A stretch of DNA of 64,000 nt, taken from NCBI GenBank assembly GCA_012295275.1, contig CM022670.1:31434001-31498000 (forward strand). The letters are read 5' to 3'. The notes beneath the pieces were generated by a model that saw only the letters and a program-made list of their open reading frames with translations, had not been told where the DNA came from and made no database searches. Shown piece after piece: positions 15,501 to 29,900 of this stretch. The translations under genes and the position numbers were made by a program. How positions within the stretch are numbered: position 1 is the first letter of the stretch; each line of letters begins with the position of its first letter. The stretch comes from Chrysomallon squamiferum. Its lineage: Eukaryota > Animalia > Mollusca.

Positions 15501-18500
15501 GACACATTTCTGTCTTATAAAATTAAGAAAAGACAAGCAAAACAAAAAATTAAAATTAAAAGCTGGGAGGTGAAAACACAAATCTATCAGTGAATGTGAC
15601 AACATGCAATGTCTTTGAGTTTGCTGTTTATGCTGAGATTAGTATCAAGGCATGAGCTGACTCTTGGCTAAATTGAATTTCTCTTAAACCAAACTCAACA
15701 ATTCAACAACAAGAGACTCCAGCCATATCCAAATAACTATCAGGCTGCAGTGAAAAAAAGAAAAAAGAAAAATGATTCACTGCATGTTAAGGAAGAAAAA
15801 ATTCCACCACACACACACATGAAGAGAGTTAGAAAATTTATTTAAGCAATAACACCAACTTGTATCAGTAAAGGTATGGTGATATTCCTGTACAAGTGTC
15901 ATACAGCAGTTGAAGACAGGTCATGCTTCAAAGCTGGGTGCTTTCTCTGGCTAACAATTGCCCTTGTTTACCAGTGTTTACCTGTGGGATGAAAAGCTTG
16001 CTTCCATATGAAGCTATTGGATAATAAATGTTGAAAAATCACACACATAGCATGGCAGGATGGTTCTCAGCTCACGTAAAGAAAATACTCATTATCACAA
16101 ACTGAAAGCTCTGTTTGTTCCACAGAAAATATTGTGAAGAAAAGAAGCCTTCGTGTTGATACTTTGTGTCCTATTTTCCAAGTGGTCAAATTGAAAACAC
16201 ACTCACAGCTAGGGCAAAACAGTTTTAATGGGGTAAAATACACTTGTTTGGTGTTCAAAGGACAAAACAAGTTTCAGTGTGGTCTAATTAAAAAGATTCA
16301 TATTAAGTGACAGAAAAAAAATTGTTTTGATGAATAAAAAGAAACAGATGTAGAAGAAGATAAAGCATGAGTAGAAGTAGAAAAGGAGAAAGAGGTAGAA
16401 GAAGAAAAAGAAGTTGTAATAGTACAAGAAGTAGACAAAGAAGTGGCAGTGGAAAAAAGCATAAGAGGAAACAGAACCAGTAGAACAAGAATTAAAAGTA
16501 AATAGTAGAAGATATTTTTTTAATGCTGTCTAAAAAGAAATAGAAGAAATAGAAAAAGAAGAAGATAGAAGAAAAATAAAAAAAGAAGAAAAAATATTTT
16601 CTTGCAATCTCACTAAAATAGGCTTATGAATAAAAAAGAAAAGAGAAAGAAAAACAAAATTATGATTTCAGTGTTTTCAAATTAAATCACACTTACAGAC
16701 AACTTGTTAAATGAGTTAGAAAAAACAGTTTCTAATTTAACAAATAAAAAACAAAAACAAAAAACAACCAAATAATACTGTCAAATTAAAATGCACTTAT
16801 ATAGGAACAAAATATATTAAGGAAGAAGGAAAAAATGTTTTAAAAGAGATTTATAAAGAATTTAAAAAAAAAAAGAGAATAAACACAAAATCATGGTTCC
16901 AGTATTTTAAACCCCTGAGGGCTGATCAAACAAGTAAACTATTTGTACAAAATGAAGGAAGTACCATACATTAATTTTGAATCATACTGACAAAACATCA
17001 TACATACACACATGCACACACAAACACATATACACTCATACAGAACCCCCAAAACCCTAGGACCCGTAAGTTGAAATGTTGATACATACAATAATTATGA
17101 TTATGATGATATTCCTAATGATGATGTCATTGATTACAATAGTGTGACAAGAAGGGCTTACCTTTTTAGTAAATTTGTTGGGTGCTGTCATAGGACATTC
17201 AGGGTCATATGGATCCAAACATGGCTTTTCTTGATATGCTGAGCCAATTCCAGCCTGTACATAAACAAACACAAACAACATTCATTTTATACATATATAA
17301 TGAAATTTAATAACAATGTATTGACATAAATATTAATAAATAAACCTTAATCTTTAAGTCACATTCAATTTAAGGCTTGTTATTAGATATAATTAATAGA
17401 CAGTTAACGAGTAGGTTATAAATTTTAATAAATCTATAAAAAAAAAAAAAAAAATGTCTGAAAAATAAATTAAACATTAATCTATTGTGAATGTATTTAA
17501 CATATAAACTGATAAATCACTGGTGACAGTGAATTTAAGGCTCAAATATAAAGGTTTATATTTCAAGTACATAAAACATTCTTACTGAAAAGTATGTCAA
17601 ATCTTACCCTTTCAAATACTTCTTCCAGAGTTTCCACTGGGAAATATATTCCTGATATCTTTCCATATTCCTTCATTGCCTTCACCAGACCCATTGGATT
17701 CAACATTTTCCATGTTAAATATTCTGGCATGCCAGGAATTGCTCTGAAACAAATTGAGTATTTATTTAAATGCAGGTAATAATAATTGTTAAAAGAAATA
17801 TGAGAATTTTCTTCAGATTTTGTAAATGTTGACAATAAATTAAAACAGATGCTTCAAGAATTATAAATTTTCAAAATTCTTAATCATTTATTTTTGATGT
17901 TTTATATTGTTATATATTTGTTTATTTAATCAGTAGTGGTATTAGAAGTTTAGTAGTGGTGGTAAAAGTACAGTAGTAGTAAAAACTGTAAGTATTATTT
18001 CCATAACATTTCAAATATTTAAAAAAAAGTAAAAAAGATTTCTAATTTTTAAAAAGATTTACTTGTTATTTGTTATTTGTTATTTTTATTCCTAACATCA
18101 AAAAGAAAAGAAAAAAAAAAAAAACATTATTATTTGGCTTTGTCTCAAAAGTATAAAATTATTTCCTTCCACAATATCCATCATCAGATTTCATGTCTTT
18201 ACATGAAACTTTAAAGCCAAGCATAATAAAAAAAACATCTGCCAAATCATATTAAAGGAAGTTACAAAATGACTGCATCATTAATGACAGAAAAATCACA
18301 GAGAGAAAAAGTAAAACCCCAGAAAAATAAGTGGCAGTCTATAATACCCATTTAAAGAGAATATGCTAACTGTCAGTGCAAACTCTACAAAATGGTGTAG
18401 ACATTTATTGCTCTGTGGAAAAAAATAAAATCTTTGGCTGCAATTTGGTGGGCTGACTTGCTCACACAACTTTCTATCCAGCTCATTGTACTCTGGGAAC

Positions 18501-21500
18501 CATTATAATACCATTGGTTTCTGGAAGACATCACAGTGCAAGGATACCCCACAAAACTATGCAGCCAGCACAAGATTGAAGATATTATACTTTAATTTCT
18601 GTTCTACCAAAATAATATATTTAGGAAGCATGGCCAAAAAAGATTTATTTTTATAGTAAGTTTTAGAACAAAACTTTAATGTAGTAAAATTTAGTAAAGA
18701 GAACTCTAAAGCCTTTTGTTTGGCTGCAATTTGATGAAAGTTTGTATTATAAAGGGATAAAATAAAAATAAGGCTTTTCAGTTGTTGTTGCTGTTGTTGT
18801 TGTTGTTTTTTTCTTCTTTCTCATTTTTTATGTTTACAGTGGCTCTTAAATCTTTTTATGAATGTGTGTGTATGTGTCTGTGTGTGTGTTTGCAGGTATT
18901 TGTTTTCTCTGTGTGTGTCTCATCTACACAAAATCATCCATACTAAATTCAAGAACTGATGTTTTAATGAAAAAAGATTAGAAAAAAAATAAAAAAAATA
19001 AAAGAACTTTAAAAACATTTTTAGAATTATTTCTGTTGCTTCTCTAACATATTTTCCTCCCAATTTATAAAAGCACCAAATCCAACATCAAACAAGAAGC
19101 GGTGAAGCATTCAATTTCATTTTACATTGCTTAACCTGACAACCTGTAATTTGCCAATCCTGACAGGTTAGGCCATATTTCATCAACAACAACCAAAAAA
19201 AAAGTGTGAAAAACTACTATCTGTTGAATTAGACATTGAAAATCAGTGGAGCATATAGCTGCATGCACACAGCACAACGTTTCTGCCAAGCAACAGCTTT
19301 TTCATTGAGATCTCTTCAAAGTGAATCTCCCACCCATGAAGATGGACCCATCTCTTCATCTCAAAGATTTCAACCCACTCTTATATAATTCTCCATAATA
19401 AATAGGAACACCCCAAGGGTGGCCAGACTGGTGATGTGCCAAAAAAAAGGAACTGTAAGACATACTGCAGTGTTATGAACAAACAAAAATTTCAATCAAA
19501 AATGTCACAACTTGCACAAAATGGAAACTGTTGTTCCATGTTTCCTCTACCATATTTCTAGTGACAGGCACAATCTCTCTGACTTCTGTTCTTTAGGCAC
19601 CATTTTAAATTCTTTACTTATTATTTAAATATTCCTTAAACATCTCTTCAAGTGTTCTTAATTTTACAGTTAAATTGATTCTTAATATTTCAGTTAAATT
19701 AATCCATCTGCATCATTTGAACTGTTCTTTATCAGCTGTTTTTTATCATTCTTTACTTCTGTTTACATTCATCCTTTTTTTTTTTTACATTTCATTTCAT
19801 CTGTTCTTTAAATATAATATGACTTGGTCATCAAAACATTGTTTTACTGTTGTTTACATATAATATAAACAGCTCTTTAAAAACTGTTTTATTAACTGTT
19901 ATTCATAAAACATTTTAACTGTTTTACAAAGACTGAAAATATCAGCCACATTACAAAAACAAATAAATAATTAAAATACTTTTTAAACTTTCACAACAAA
20001 AGTCATTTATTTCAGAATTAAATAACAATATCTAAAACAATGACAAAATAATAATAATAATAATATAGTATAAAAAATAAATATTTTATAACTTTCTGCA
20101 ATAAAACTTTATGAACATTTTCTAAAAACTATGGTAAGAGGGTAGCCAAGTGTCAGTGAAAATAAATAATAAATCATGCAACTCTTCTTGGGTGACCTAC
20201 CTTTAAAGCCTACAGAGATATCCTGTTAAGCCAACACCTTTGTAGAAAGCTCAAGTCTACATCCTTTTTGATGGCTTAATAAGCCCTTATCTATGTACGT
20301 AGCCTATTACATCTATATCTTTATAGCTAGTTCATTAAACTTTTAAGCTTTTATATGTAAGAAGAACTTATAGGGCTTTACTTGAAAAAAGAGTTTATAG
20401 ATCACCATTTGAATAAATAGCTTATAGGTGTATAGCTGAATAAATGATTTATAAGCTATATGTGTATACAGAATTGCTATATTTAAATAAAGAACTGCTA
20501 AGGCTATACATGTATAAAGAAAGTATAATACCATATTTAAATAAAGAACTTATAAGGCTGTATCTAAATAATGAATGTATTGGGCTATTCATATAAAAGA
20601 ACTTATAACTATAATGCTATTCTTGAATAAAGAATGAATAATGGTACATTAAAATAAATAACTTATAATGCTATATCTAAATAACGAGTTTATATAGATA
20701 TATAATGTATTAAAAATGTATAAGGCCATATCTAAACAAAGAATTTAAAAGGCTATTCTTGTATAAATAACTTGTACTACTATAACTAAAATAAAGAGCT
20801 ATACATTATAAATAATTTACAAGCCTCTACAAAAATAAAGTTTTTATGCCTATATAAAAACTTATATGTATTTCTAACCATGTAAGAAATTCAGTGTATA
20901 ACCACAAAACCAGTCCTTTCCTTTAATATGACATTGTTGAGTACACCTGTGTTCAGAAAAGTAGTATTAAAAACATCAGATTCAAACAACTGCTATGTGC
21001 AGCATGGCTCCTCCTTGGCTGTGTGTACAAAGACTGAAATGTCTAAACTACCTGACATTTTCTCCCATTTTGTATTAACAGGCATTTTGTTCACAAATAT
21101 GGCTTTAATTTTTCTTCATGTTCTGCTTCTTTTTGTCATTTTTTTTTTTTTTTACATCAGTTCTTACATTTTCTCAACTTTAGTAAGAACCAGTCTATAA
21201 ACAGTCAGGCATTTTACCCAGAAACATAACATGTGTTATTATTATTTATTTATTTATTTTCCAGCCAATATTAATTAAACACAATTATAATAATTTGAAA
21301 TATTTTAATAAAAATTAACACTATATTACAATTAAAATACAAAGCAAATAAAGAAACTGAACTAAAATTATGAATAAAAAAAGAATTACTTTTTAAAATA
21401 TTTTTTGGCCCAAAATAAAAACATGCTCATGTAGTACTAATTATTATTATTATTATTATTTTTTTTAAAAGAACCACTTTATAAAATGCATAAAAAATCT

Positions 21501-22408
21501 ATCATGAGAGAGAGAAAAAGCTCTTTTTCAGATTATTCACTGGGTTGTGTCTAGATAAATGGTACTGTACTAACAATGTCTGACAAATATCTACAATCTG
21601 ACCATTAATTCAGGTAAGTACCCAACATGGCAGACTTCCATCCAGCCTTCACAATGACAGGCCACCCAGAATGCTGTTATCTAGACACCAATCTGTGACA
21701 TACCTCGACCCACCGTTTGATGTATGGCTTGATAAAAATGTTTTTAGACAGGTTTTTTGTTTCTTCAACAACAGCACTGTGTTTTATTAGTTTTCAAACC
21801 TACATGCTTGCAACTGGCAGGCTAAGCCACCACATGAAGTTGAAACAAAGTGATGACACATTTAATTGTTTGGGATGTAACAGTTTTGACACATTATTCC
21901 ATTAGAAAAAAAAAATCAGGTTAAAAAAAACCCAACATATCTCACATGTTTTGATCAGCAAAACAGAATCCCTGAACTTTTATTCACATGCATAATACAT
22001 GTATTTTGTTTGTTTTGATAATTATTTAACAAAGTTCATGTTAATTAGTAAACACCTTGTGTGGTAATAACTGTTTTACAAAACATCCATGATACGTTTT
22101 GTTGCAGCTGATATGCCATGTATCTTAATCAGAATTAAGATTTGAATTATGATTTGAACCAGACATTTCATTAATTATCAAAAACATAAACCACTGATTT
22201 ATATTGTGATAATATACATATCTCAGTAATTATGTCATAATTGTGATAGCTACACCTTGTTAACAACCATACAAAGATAAGCATGTTTTAAGTTCAATTA
22301 TGGTGTTAAATTGCTAATCAAAATGGGTGGGTCTATGCCACATATGATGGGTCTTTTTTGTCAACCAACATTTTTTTCTTTTTTCAATGTAAAGGTTTTA
22401 TTCACACA

Positions 22409-22486
<78 letters not shown>

Positions 22487-23861
22487 ATATGATCATTTCC
22501 ATCAAAATGATTATTTTCTCAAAATCAGGTCTAAACTTGAATGATATTACCATTTTTAAAGATTTATAATAGCAGCCTTCTTTCTTGTCATTTGAAACAT
22601 CCGATTTAATAAATATGATTTTATTATTCACCTTTCATTTTTATTACATTTTTTATATCTTTTTTTTATCTTTCTACCCTAAAACTGTTTTTCATTATCT
22701 GATTAAAATAAACAACTTTTGGTTCACTGCTTTTTCATGATATATATCAAACATGCAAGACTTTACCAAATTATAATATATCAACTCTGTGCCAGATGAG
22801 ACCAAATGATACTGATGTTATCACAGTGCAAAAATGATTCAGTTCAACTTACTTATCACTTAATAAGAAGCATGGCAGACATTTAGAGACAATTTCTCTA
22901 AATGGTTTATTGCCACTAAAATATTTCAGACATTAATCATCTTGTCATTACCAAAGTCTAAAATTGAACTTGGCATAATATAGTGCTCTAATATATATGA
23001 ATAGTGAAACCAGACAAAAATAACTGGGTCAGAAAAAAAATAAATCATATTCAAGATAATAGTTAATGAAATTTTAAAACAAAAACTTAGAGAGTCAAAT
23101 TCAGTTTAGCCATCGCAAATTTAACATTCAAAAATTTTGAATTGGATAAAGCCAGTTAAAAAATAACAAATGTGTTGAATTTGTCTGCATTCATGGCACA
23201 AATAAGACAACAATTTAAAAATATAAATTATTTATCAACTTTTCTTTCTTCTTTCACTAAAACACATTTAAAAAATATATTATAATCAATGTGCCCTTTA
23301 GTTGTTACTTTTTTCATTGATATGAACACCTTCAAGCATAACACATATAGAAAAGGGAGATAAAATACTGCATTTGAATCATTTTTAGTACCCCTGCACT
23401 TGTCACATCAGTGTGTCTGGCTCATTACATTGACAATGACAAATGTTAAAAAAAACAAAACATAAAACCAAAACAAATTCTATAAAAAAACATGATAGTT
23501 ACATATGAATGGATCATTTTTAAACTTGAACAACAATGTTTACCAGCCAAGCTTTGTATAAAATAATCCCTCCATCACTGAGTTACAGAAAGACTTGGCA
23601 TTTGCCTTACCCAACATAACATGCCTGACCACCCACATGCATGATGAACTACATGCTGTGCTGTTGACAAATGTACATGGATATTGGCATGCCACAAGTC
23701 TGATTTGTGCTGAAGCACACAGTGCAGTCAGTTTTCTTCAGCCCCTAGACAGATGTGAAATTTTTCAAGATAGCAAAATTATTCTGCAGACATGATTTTC
23801 ATAGACTCAATTAATTAAAACTGCTGCTGCATCTGCTTTCTTTATTTTTATTTATTTACCT

Positions 23862-23903
<42 letters not shown>

Positions 23904-26900
23904 AATTACATGATATTTATTGAGTGATGGATGTTAAATTAAAAATAAAACAAATTTTCCTGGTTTGCACCTGGTTTATTCTGATTTGTTCTTTTTTCAT
24001 TCATTTATTTTCTGTAGTTGGTGGATTTTTTTGTGGGGGGGTTGTTTATTTATTTATTTATAAAAAAAAGTCAGGATTAATTTGAGCAAATGTCTTTCAA
24101 ATTTTGTTTTATTTCCATTGCTTGATTTGATGGTGTTTTCTTTTTAGTTCTCTCATCAAAAAACAACATTTCAGAAATAACATTTTAGAATTTTTTAAAA
24201 CAAAAATCTTCAAACCGTCATAACATGAAATAATAATTTGATATAAAGTAATATTATTTCTGACACTGCTCAGATCTAATATTAAACATCAGAGGTATAT
24301 TACAAAAAACTAACTGCAGCTTTCTTATCATAATACTGTAGACCAAAACTTGTACTTTAAACACTGGGAATTGCTACTTTAGTCCCAGATTCTAAACATC
24401 AGACTCATGTCAAAGCATCTGCTGTGGCTTTCCTCTTGAAAAACACAATGAACCCAGCAGTACAGTAACCAGATATTTCATACCTATAAAAGTCCCAGCT
24501 TAAACAATAAAGCAATGTGTCGTTAAACATCCCTCTCTTACTATATTTTTTTGTGGGTTTAAAAACTGAATAAATAATATGAGCTTAGCCAACAAACAAC
24601 CATGCCAGCATTTTAAAAACACTATTAGATCTAAAAAATAAAATATCTCTAATTTTATATTCTTTGTTAGACTAGTTAAAAAAAAAAAAAATTAAAAATC
24701 AGGCTGAACAAATTATATATCTTGAAATAATATACCACAGCAGTGGGTCATTCAATCCATTATTTGATCTCCTGCCCAAACACAATGCCTTAATGGAAAA
24801 GAGGTGTTGAAGTATCCAACTGACCACTGACCAATGCCCAGTGATGGACACGAAGCCCAGCACTTGTGTTTTCAATAGTGTGGTCCTGATACAGACCAGG
24901 TGATTGTAGGCGGTGACTTTGTGGGTGGTCATCAGCCTGATGACCACCCACAAAGTCACCCTGAATAACACCTGCTGTTTCCACCTCACATTAAAATATA
25001 ATGTTTTTAATGCTTTCTCTAATTTATCTTCATTCAAACTGTTTCTGATGAGCACCTCCATAAAATGTCGTTATGGTTTTGCTTAAAGAATTTTGCTGAA
25101 ATACTTAGTTTGATTTTGATATGAAAGCTCTTTTCTGTTTACCCTTAATTGTTCATTAAATGTTTGAGTTTATGAGTGTGAACAAATGCTGCAGCTATTC
25201 TTGATGGTTTTTATTTCCCAGTTTCAGTAGCTAATGGTATTTAATTCAGTATAATTATTATTATGTCAAGTTTATTAAGAATCCAATCTTCCTGAAACAA
25301 AAATATATAACCATGCAAAAGGTCCCAAAAAATAGAACAAGCCTAATTAATCACTTTGTCACATTATTTAAAAAAGATACAGACAAAAAAGACAAGAAGA
25401 AGATATAAGAAAGAAAAAAGAAGTAAGTGAAAAACAAATCTAAAACAGAACAAGAAGATGATAGATAACTTAACAAAACAGAAAGAGAAGAAAAAATAAC
25501 TAAAAAGAATTTTTTAAATAGATAATTATGATGATAATGATGATATAATGATAATGATGATATGTGAATAGTTAATATAACAACTCACAGTGTTTTTACG
25601 GGATCTTCTGGGCCCAACAGCTTTGATCCTTCCCAAAAACAGTCCAGTGGTGTAATGATAACACATGGCAGAATCCTTTCTAAGATCTGCAAAAACAGAA
25701 TTGTTATATCAGTAAAATATTATTCTGGATGGGTTCTTTGCTCAGTTGGTTGTAAAGTGTAAATGACCAATAAACAGCAAATTCTACCATAAATATGAAG
25801 AAAGTTATTTTCAGTGAAATACAGTATCAGTAATTTAAAGCTCAGTAAAATAAATTATCTATTTGCAGATTCAGATGGTTTTAGTCTATTTTGTATACTG
25901 CAATATTTTATTTGTTAATAAAAAATTAGACTTCATTAGTAATATATTGTGATAATATATTGTGAGAATATCTGAAGATGATATTTTAAAAACATATTTG
26001 ATGGTCAAAATGTAAGGGAAAAATAATCCTTGCAGACTGAGTATGCAGCAATTTTGCATTGCTTTTCTTAGTTTACCAGGTTGGTTTTGGTTTGACATTT
26101 TATATTATAAATATTAACAAATGATATAAGAAGAAATAACATTTTAAAAAATTAAAATAAAAAATAGTGATAGAAATACACAGAATATAAATCAGAGAGT
26201 TAAAAATAAACTAATATTGAAAACATTTCATAATTCAAAAATAAATTAAAAAGTTATTAGAAATCATACATAATATGTTATTGAAACAAAAACAAAAAAT
26301 AATACTTACTAAATCAACATATCTATCTTCTATTCTGGGAAAGTCTGTTGCATAACAAATATCAGAGAATTTCCATTCACTGAAAAGAAAAAGAAAAAGA
26401 AAAATATATTAGAGGGCTACCATTTATATCTTGATTTTAAAATATTAAGGAAATATCTGCAAACACACATATCACAATGGGTATATGTCATCAAGTAGCA
26501 ATATTAGATATTTCATATGAACCTTCTCAAAGGCTGTAAAAATAGTTTTTATATGCATCTTTTTAAAGACAGGAAAATAGTAATGAGATCTATCACAGCC
26601 CAGGTGTATAATGTAACCACTGAGCTAAACAAATGCATAAACATCAGGAAAGAACACAGAGAAAATTCCACTTACATTCCATCAATAACTACATTAATCT
26701 TTGTTGCCTCCAATACTGCTTGTAAATGCAATGATAAAGACTCTACATTGAGAAGATTGGAGCCTTTCTTTGGTGTTTGTATCACAAGTTCACTTGTACT
26801 ACCACTCCCTGCCCCTATTGTGTCCTTGGTGTACTTCAGCTCTTTTTCTAGTCTTCCACCTTCTGAAAAAAGAAAAACATAAAAAATACATTATAATGGT

Positions 26901-29900
26901 AATTTTAGATTATATATACATATATACTTAGCAGTGGAGCTGTAACAGACAAAGTCTGTTAATGCTATTTGTACTGGGTGGTGACATGAGAAAATCCAAA
27001 AAAAAAAAAGAAAATCCAAAGAAATAAAGAGTTTAGAGTACAGCTTTTATATTGTTTTTTTGCTTGATTTTTTAATGAATTTTAATGCAATATATATTTT
27101 ACTTAATGTCATGCAGTAAAAGATCAAATTTTAAAATATCAGTGGCACCTGTGAAAGGAAATAAAGAAAAGTTTTTTTCCAAAACAACTGTTTTATGCAC
27201 TTTGCTTTTATTTTTTTTATCTTTTCCTTTTTTCATGAGTTTTATTATTTACTTTTCATTAAATATGAAGATCATTATATATCTATGTGTAATTAAACAT
27301 AAATACACACAAAGCTATATTTATATATACAAAAATACACACACATGTAAGGACATGTAAAACAACACACAATCACGCACACACGCACACACGCACACAC
27401 ACACACACATCACATAAAAAACAGCAAAGAATACTGTTTACAGGTTCTAAATTTTTTATATCACTCATAAATACCATCGTGTTTTTATTCTTGTTGGCTT
27501 TTTTAACCTAGTTAAAATAAGATTTTTCTCTCAGTGATTAAATAATGCATCGAAAATGATAGAGTTTCCTCAGTTATTAACCACACCCACCCCACTATCA
27601 TGTCCCTTTCATTTGCCTGCACATTTCAAGTACATATTGTACTCACTGAATGGAATGAATAATTTGCTGTGTTATATACACCTCTGTGGTTTTCAGATAC
27701 ATTTCACTTCTGGACAAGATTCAAATAAATAATGTCTCTCCCGTATCTGGTATGCAATTACCAGTAGGTTTAGCCATGTAATGTTGGCAGTCACTGTGGG
27801 TGGTCTAGACAACAACACCTTCCCATGAGGCATGTACCTACTGGCAGTAATCATTGTTATGGTTGACTGACTTTTCAGAATGATGTTTCATTCCCCCTAA
27901 CACTTTTTTTAAACATTATTTTATTTTATTTTATGGTGGAAAATTTTGGAATAGGTAAAGATTTAAACAGAATTTTGTGGAAGGTGAAAAATGTTAAGTA
28001 TATATATCTGCTAAAATTCCTGGTTATGACAGGAATGAGATGAAGCATTAATAAAAGCTGTATCTTTCAGTCTCTGTACATAAATATGTTAAATTATTTC
28101 GGCAGATGGTAATATTGAAAATGAAAATGTATTTGTTTTAAAAAAATAATAATAATAATGAACTCAACAACACTGTTACAAAAAATTATAAATTTTGTTT
28201 TTAAAAAAAATAATAATAAAAAAAATTAAAATGTCTGGGGTCAAATTAGACCAAGTATCAATTTATGATTCCAGATTTCTCAATTCACTATACTATTAAC
28301 AATAATTTATTCTACAAGTTAAAACAAATCTCTCATAATCATAAAAAATCAGATGTTGACATTAGATTGTACCTTGTGTTTTTCACAAGTACAAACAATG
28401 ACAGTAGATTGTATCAAATGCCTTTGACAAATGTTGACATCAGATCAAACATTGTACCTCTTCCAGGCACAAATGTTGACTCTATGTAATGTTTGAGCCT
28501 GGCAGGCACAGATTGTGACATAAATCAAACCTTGGGCTTTCAGCAGGCACCGCTGATGACAGTAAGTCAGTCTTTGTGCCTCCAACAGGTACACATATCT
28601 ATTTGACTTAGATCAATAAAAGCTCTTTCAAAAGTACATGTGCCAGTAGCACACAAGTGAAAATATACATGATGTACAGGCTTAGACAGTTCTAATAGCT
28701 GATGAAGCAGAAAAACAGGTTTCTGTAGCCAGACACACATTGTGCAAGTTGTTGTTTTTTACCACATATACTATGACACACACACACACACAAAAAACAC
28801 ACATATATACAAACATATACATATACACATTACATATATATACATAACACATAGGTACACATACATACACATATACACACAAATAGCCTCCATATAAATA
28901 CATACACAGATATACAAATGTACACATGTACATTAAGATATATCTAAATATACATACATAAAGCAGATTTCTTCATTATTATAATATGATATATATCAAA
29001 ATGGTCAATTTTTGTTTTGATTCTCAAGACATAACTTTTAACAAGATCAGTTTCACTACAAAACCATACAAAATAATACAATAATAATTATATTTAAACA
29101 CGTAATTTTCACAACATATGCTGTAGGGAAGAGAAAAAGAACAAACTACATTTAACAGATAATCCTTCACGTGTGTGGTACAGAGCAAGAAACCATCTGA
29201 CTATCTCATTATGTCCAGAAGGCTTTGAATTACCACCCACTAAACTGAGTAACAAAGAACATTTGCAGGGAACTGGTGAAAAAAACAAAAACAAAAAAAT
29301 GACAAATATATGGATGTAGAAGTGACAACACTTAGGTCGCAACATTCATAACGTGATTTAAATAAAAAAATACATTTTTTTTTCAGTTCACTTGTTAGAA
29401 CAGTGGTTGACAATAAGGACCATGTTACAGTGTTAGTTTTCAGAATGATTGTACAAAATCCATATTATTGTTATAGGTTGAGTCACTCTGTGAAATGAAA
29501 TTTTAGTCTTTTCTCTTTATAGCTTCTGATTATTTATAATAATTATTTTTGTGCATGTATCAAGGTATTCTTTGTTTTAATGTTGTTGTTTTGTTTTGTT
29601 TTGTTTTGGGGTTTTTTAATTATTTTGTTTCTTGTTTTTTTTAGAAGTTTTGTTAACATTTAAATTTTTTCTGTTATTAATATTTTTACTGGTTCAAGTT
29701 ATTTTTCATTTATATCTTTATTGTTATTATTTTATTTTAATTGTGTATTATTATTATTATTATTATTTTGGTTCATGTGGGTTTTATAACAGTTATGTTT
29801 GCATATTCATAATGCTAAAGCTATGTAGTAAACTTGATTTACAAAATAGCTGAAATTTTGAAAAAACCCAAAGAAATTGCAAGAATTTAGCAATAGTTCA

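Noticed and set aside
24699-25061. 120-aa and 64-aa ORFs across the Gli palindrome
   Set aside because: No recognisable similarity, and the ptc frame is complete without them; locally higher GC explains the open frames.
25731-25775. GCTCAGTTGGT, resembling a tRNA A-box
   Set aside because: No T-arm/B-box or cloverleaf follows.
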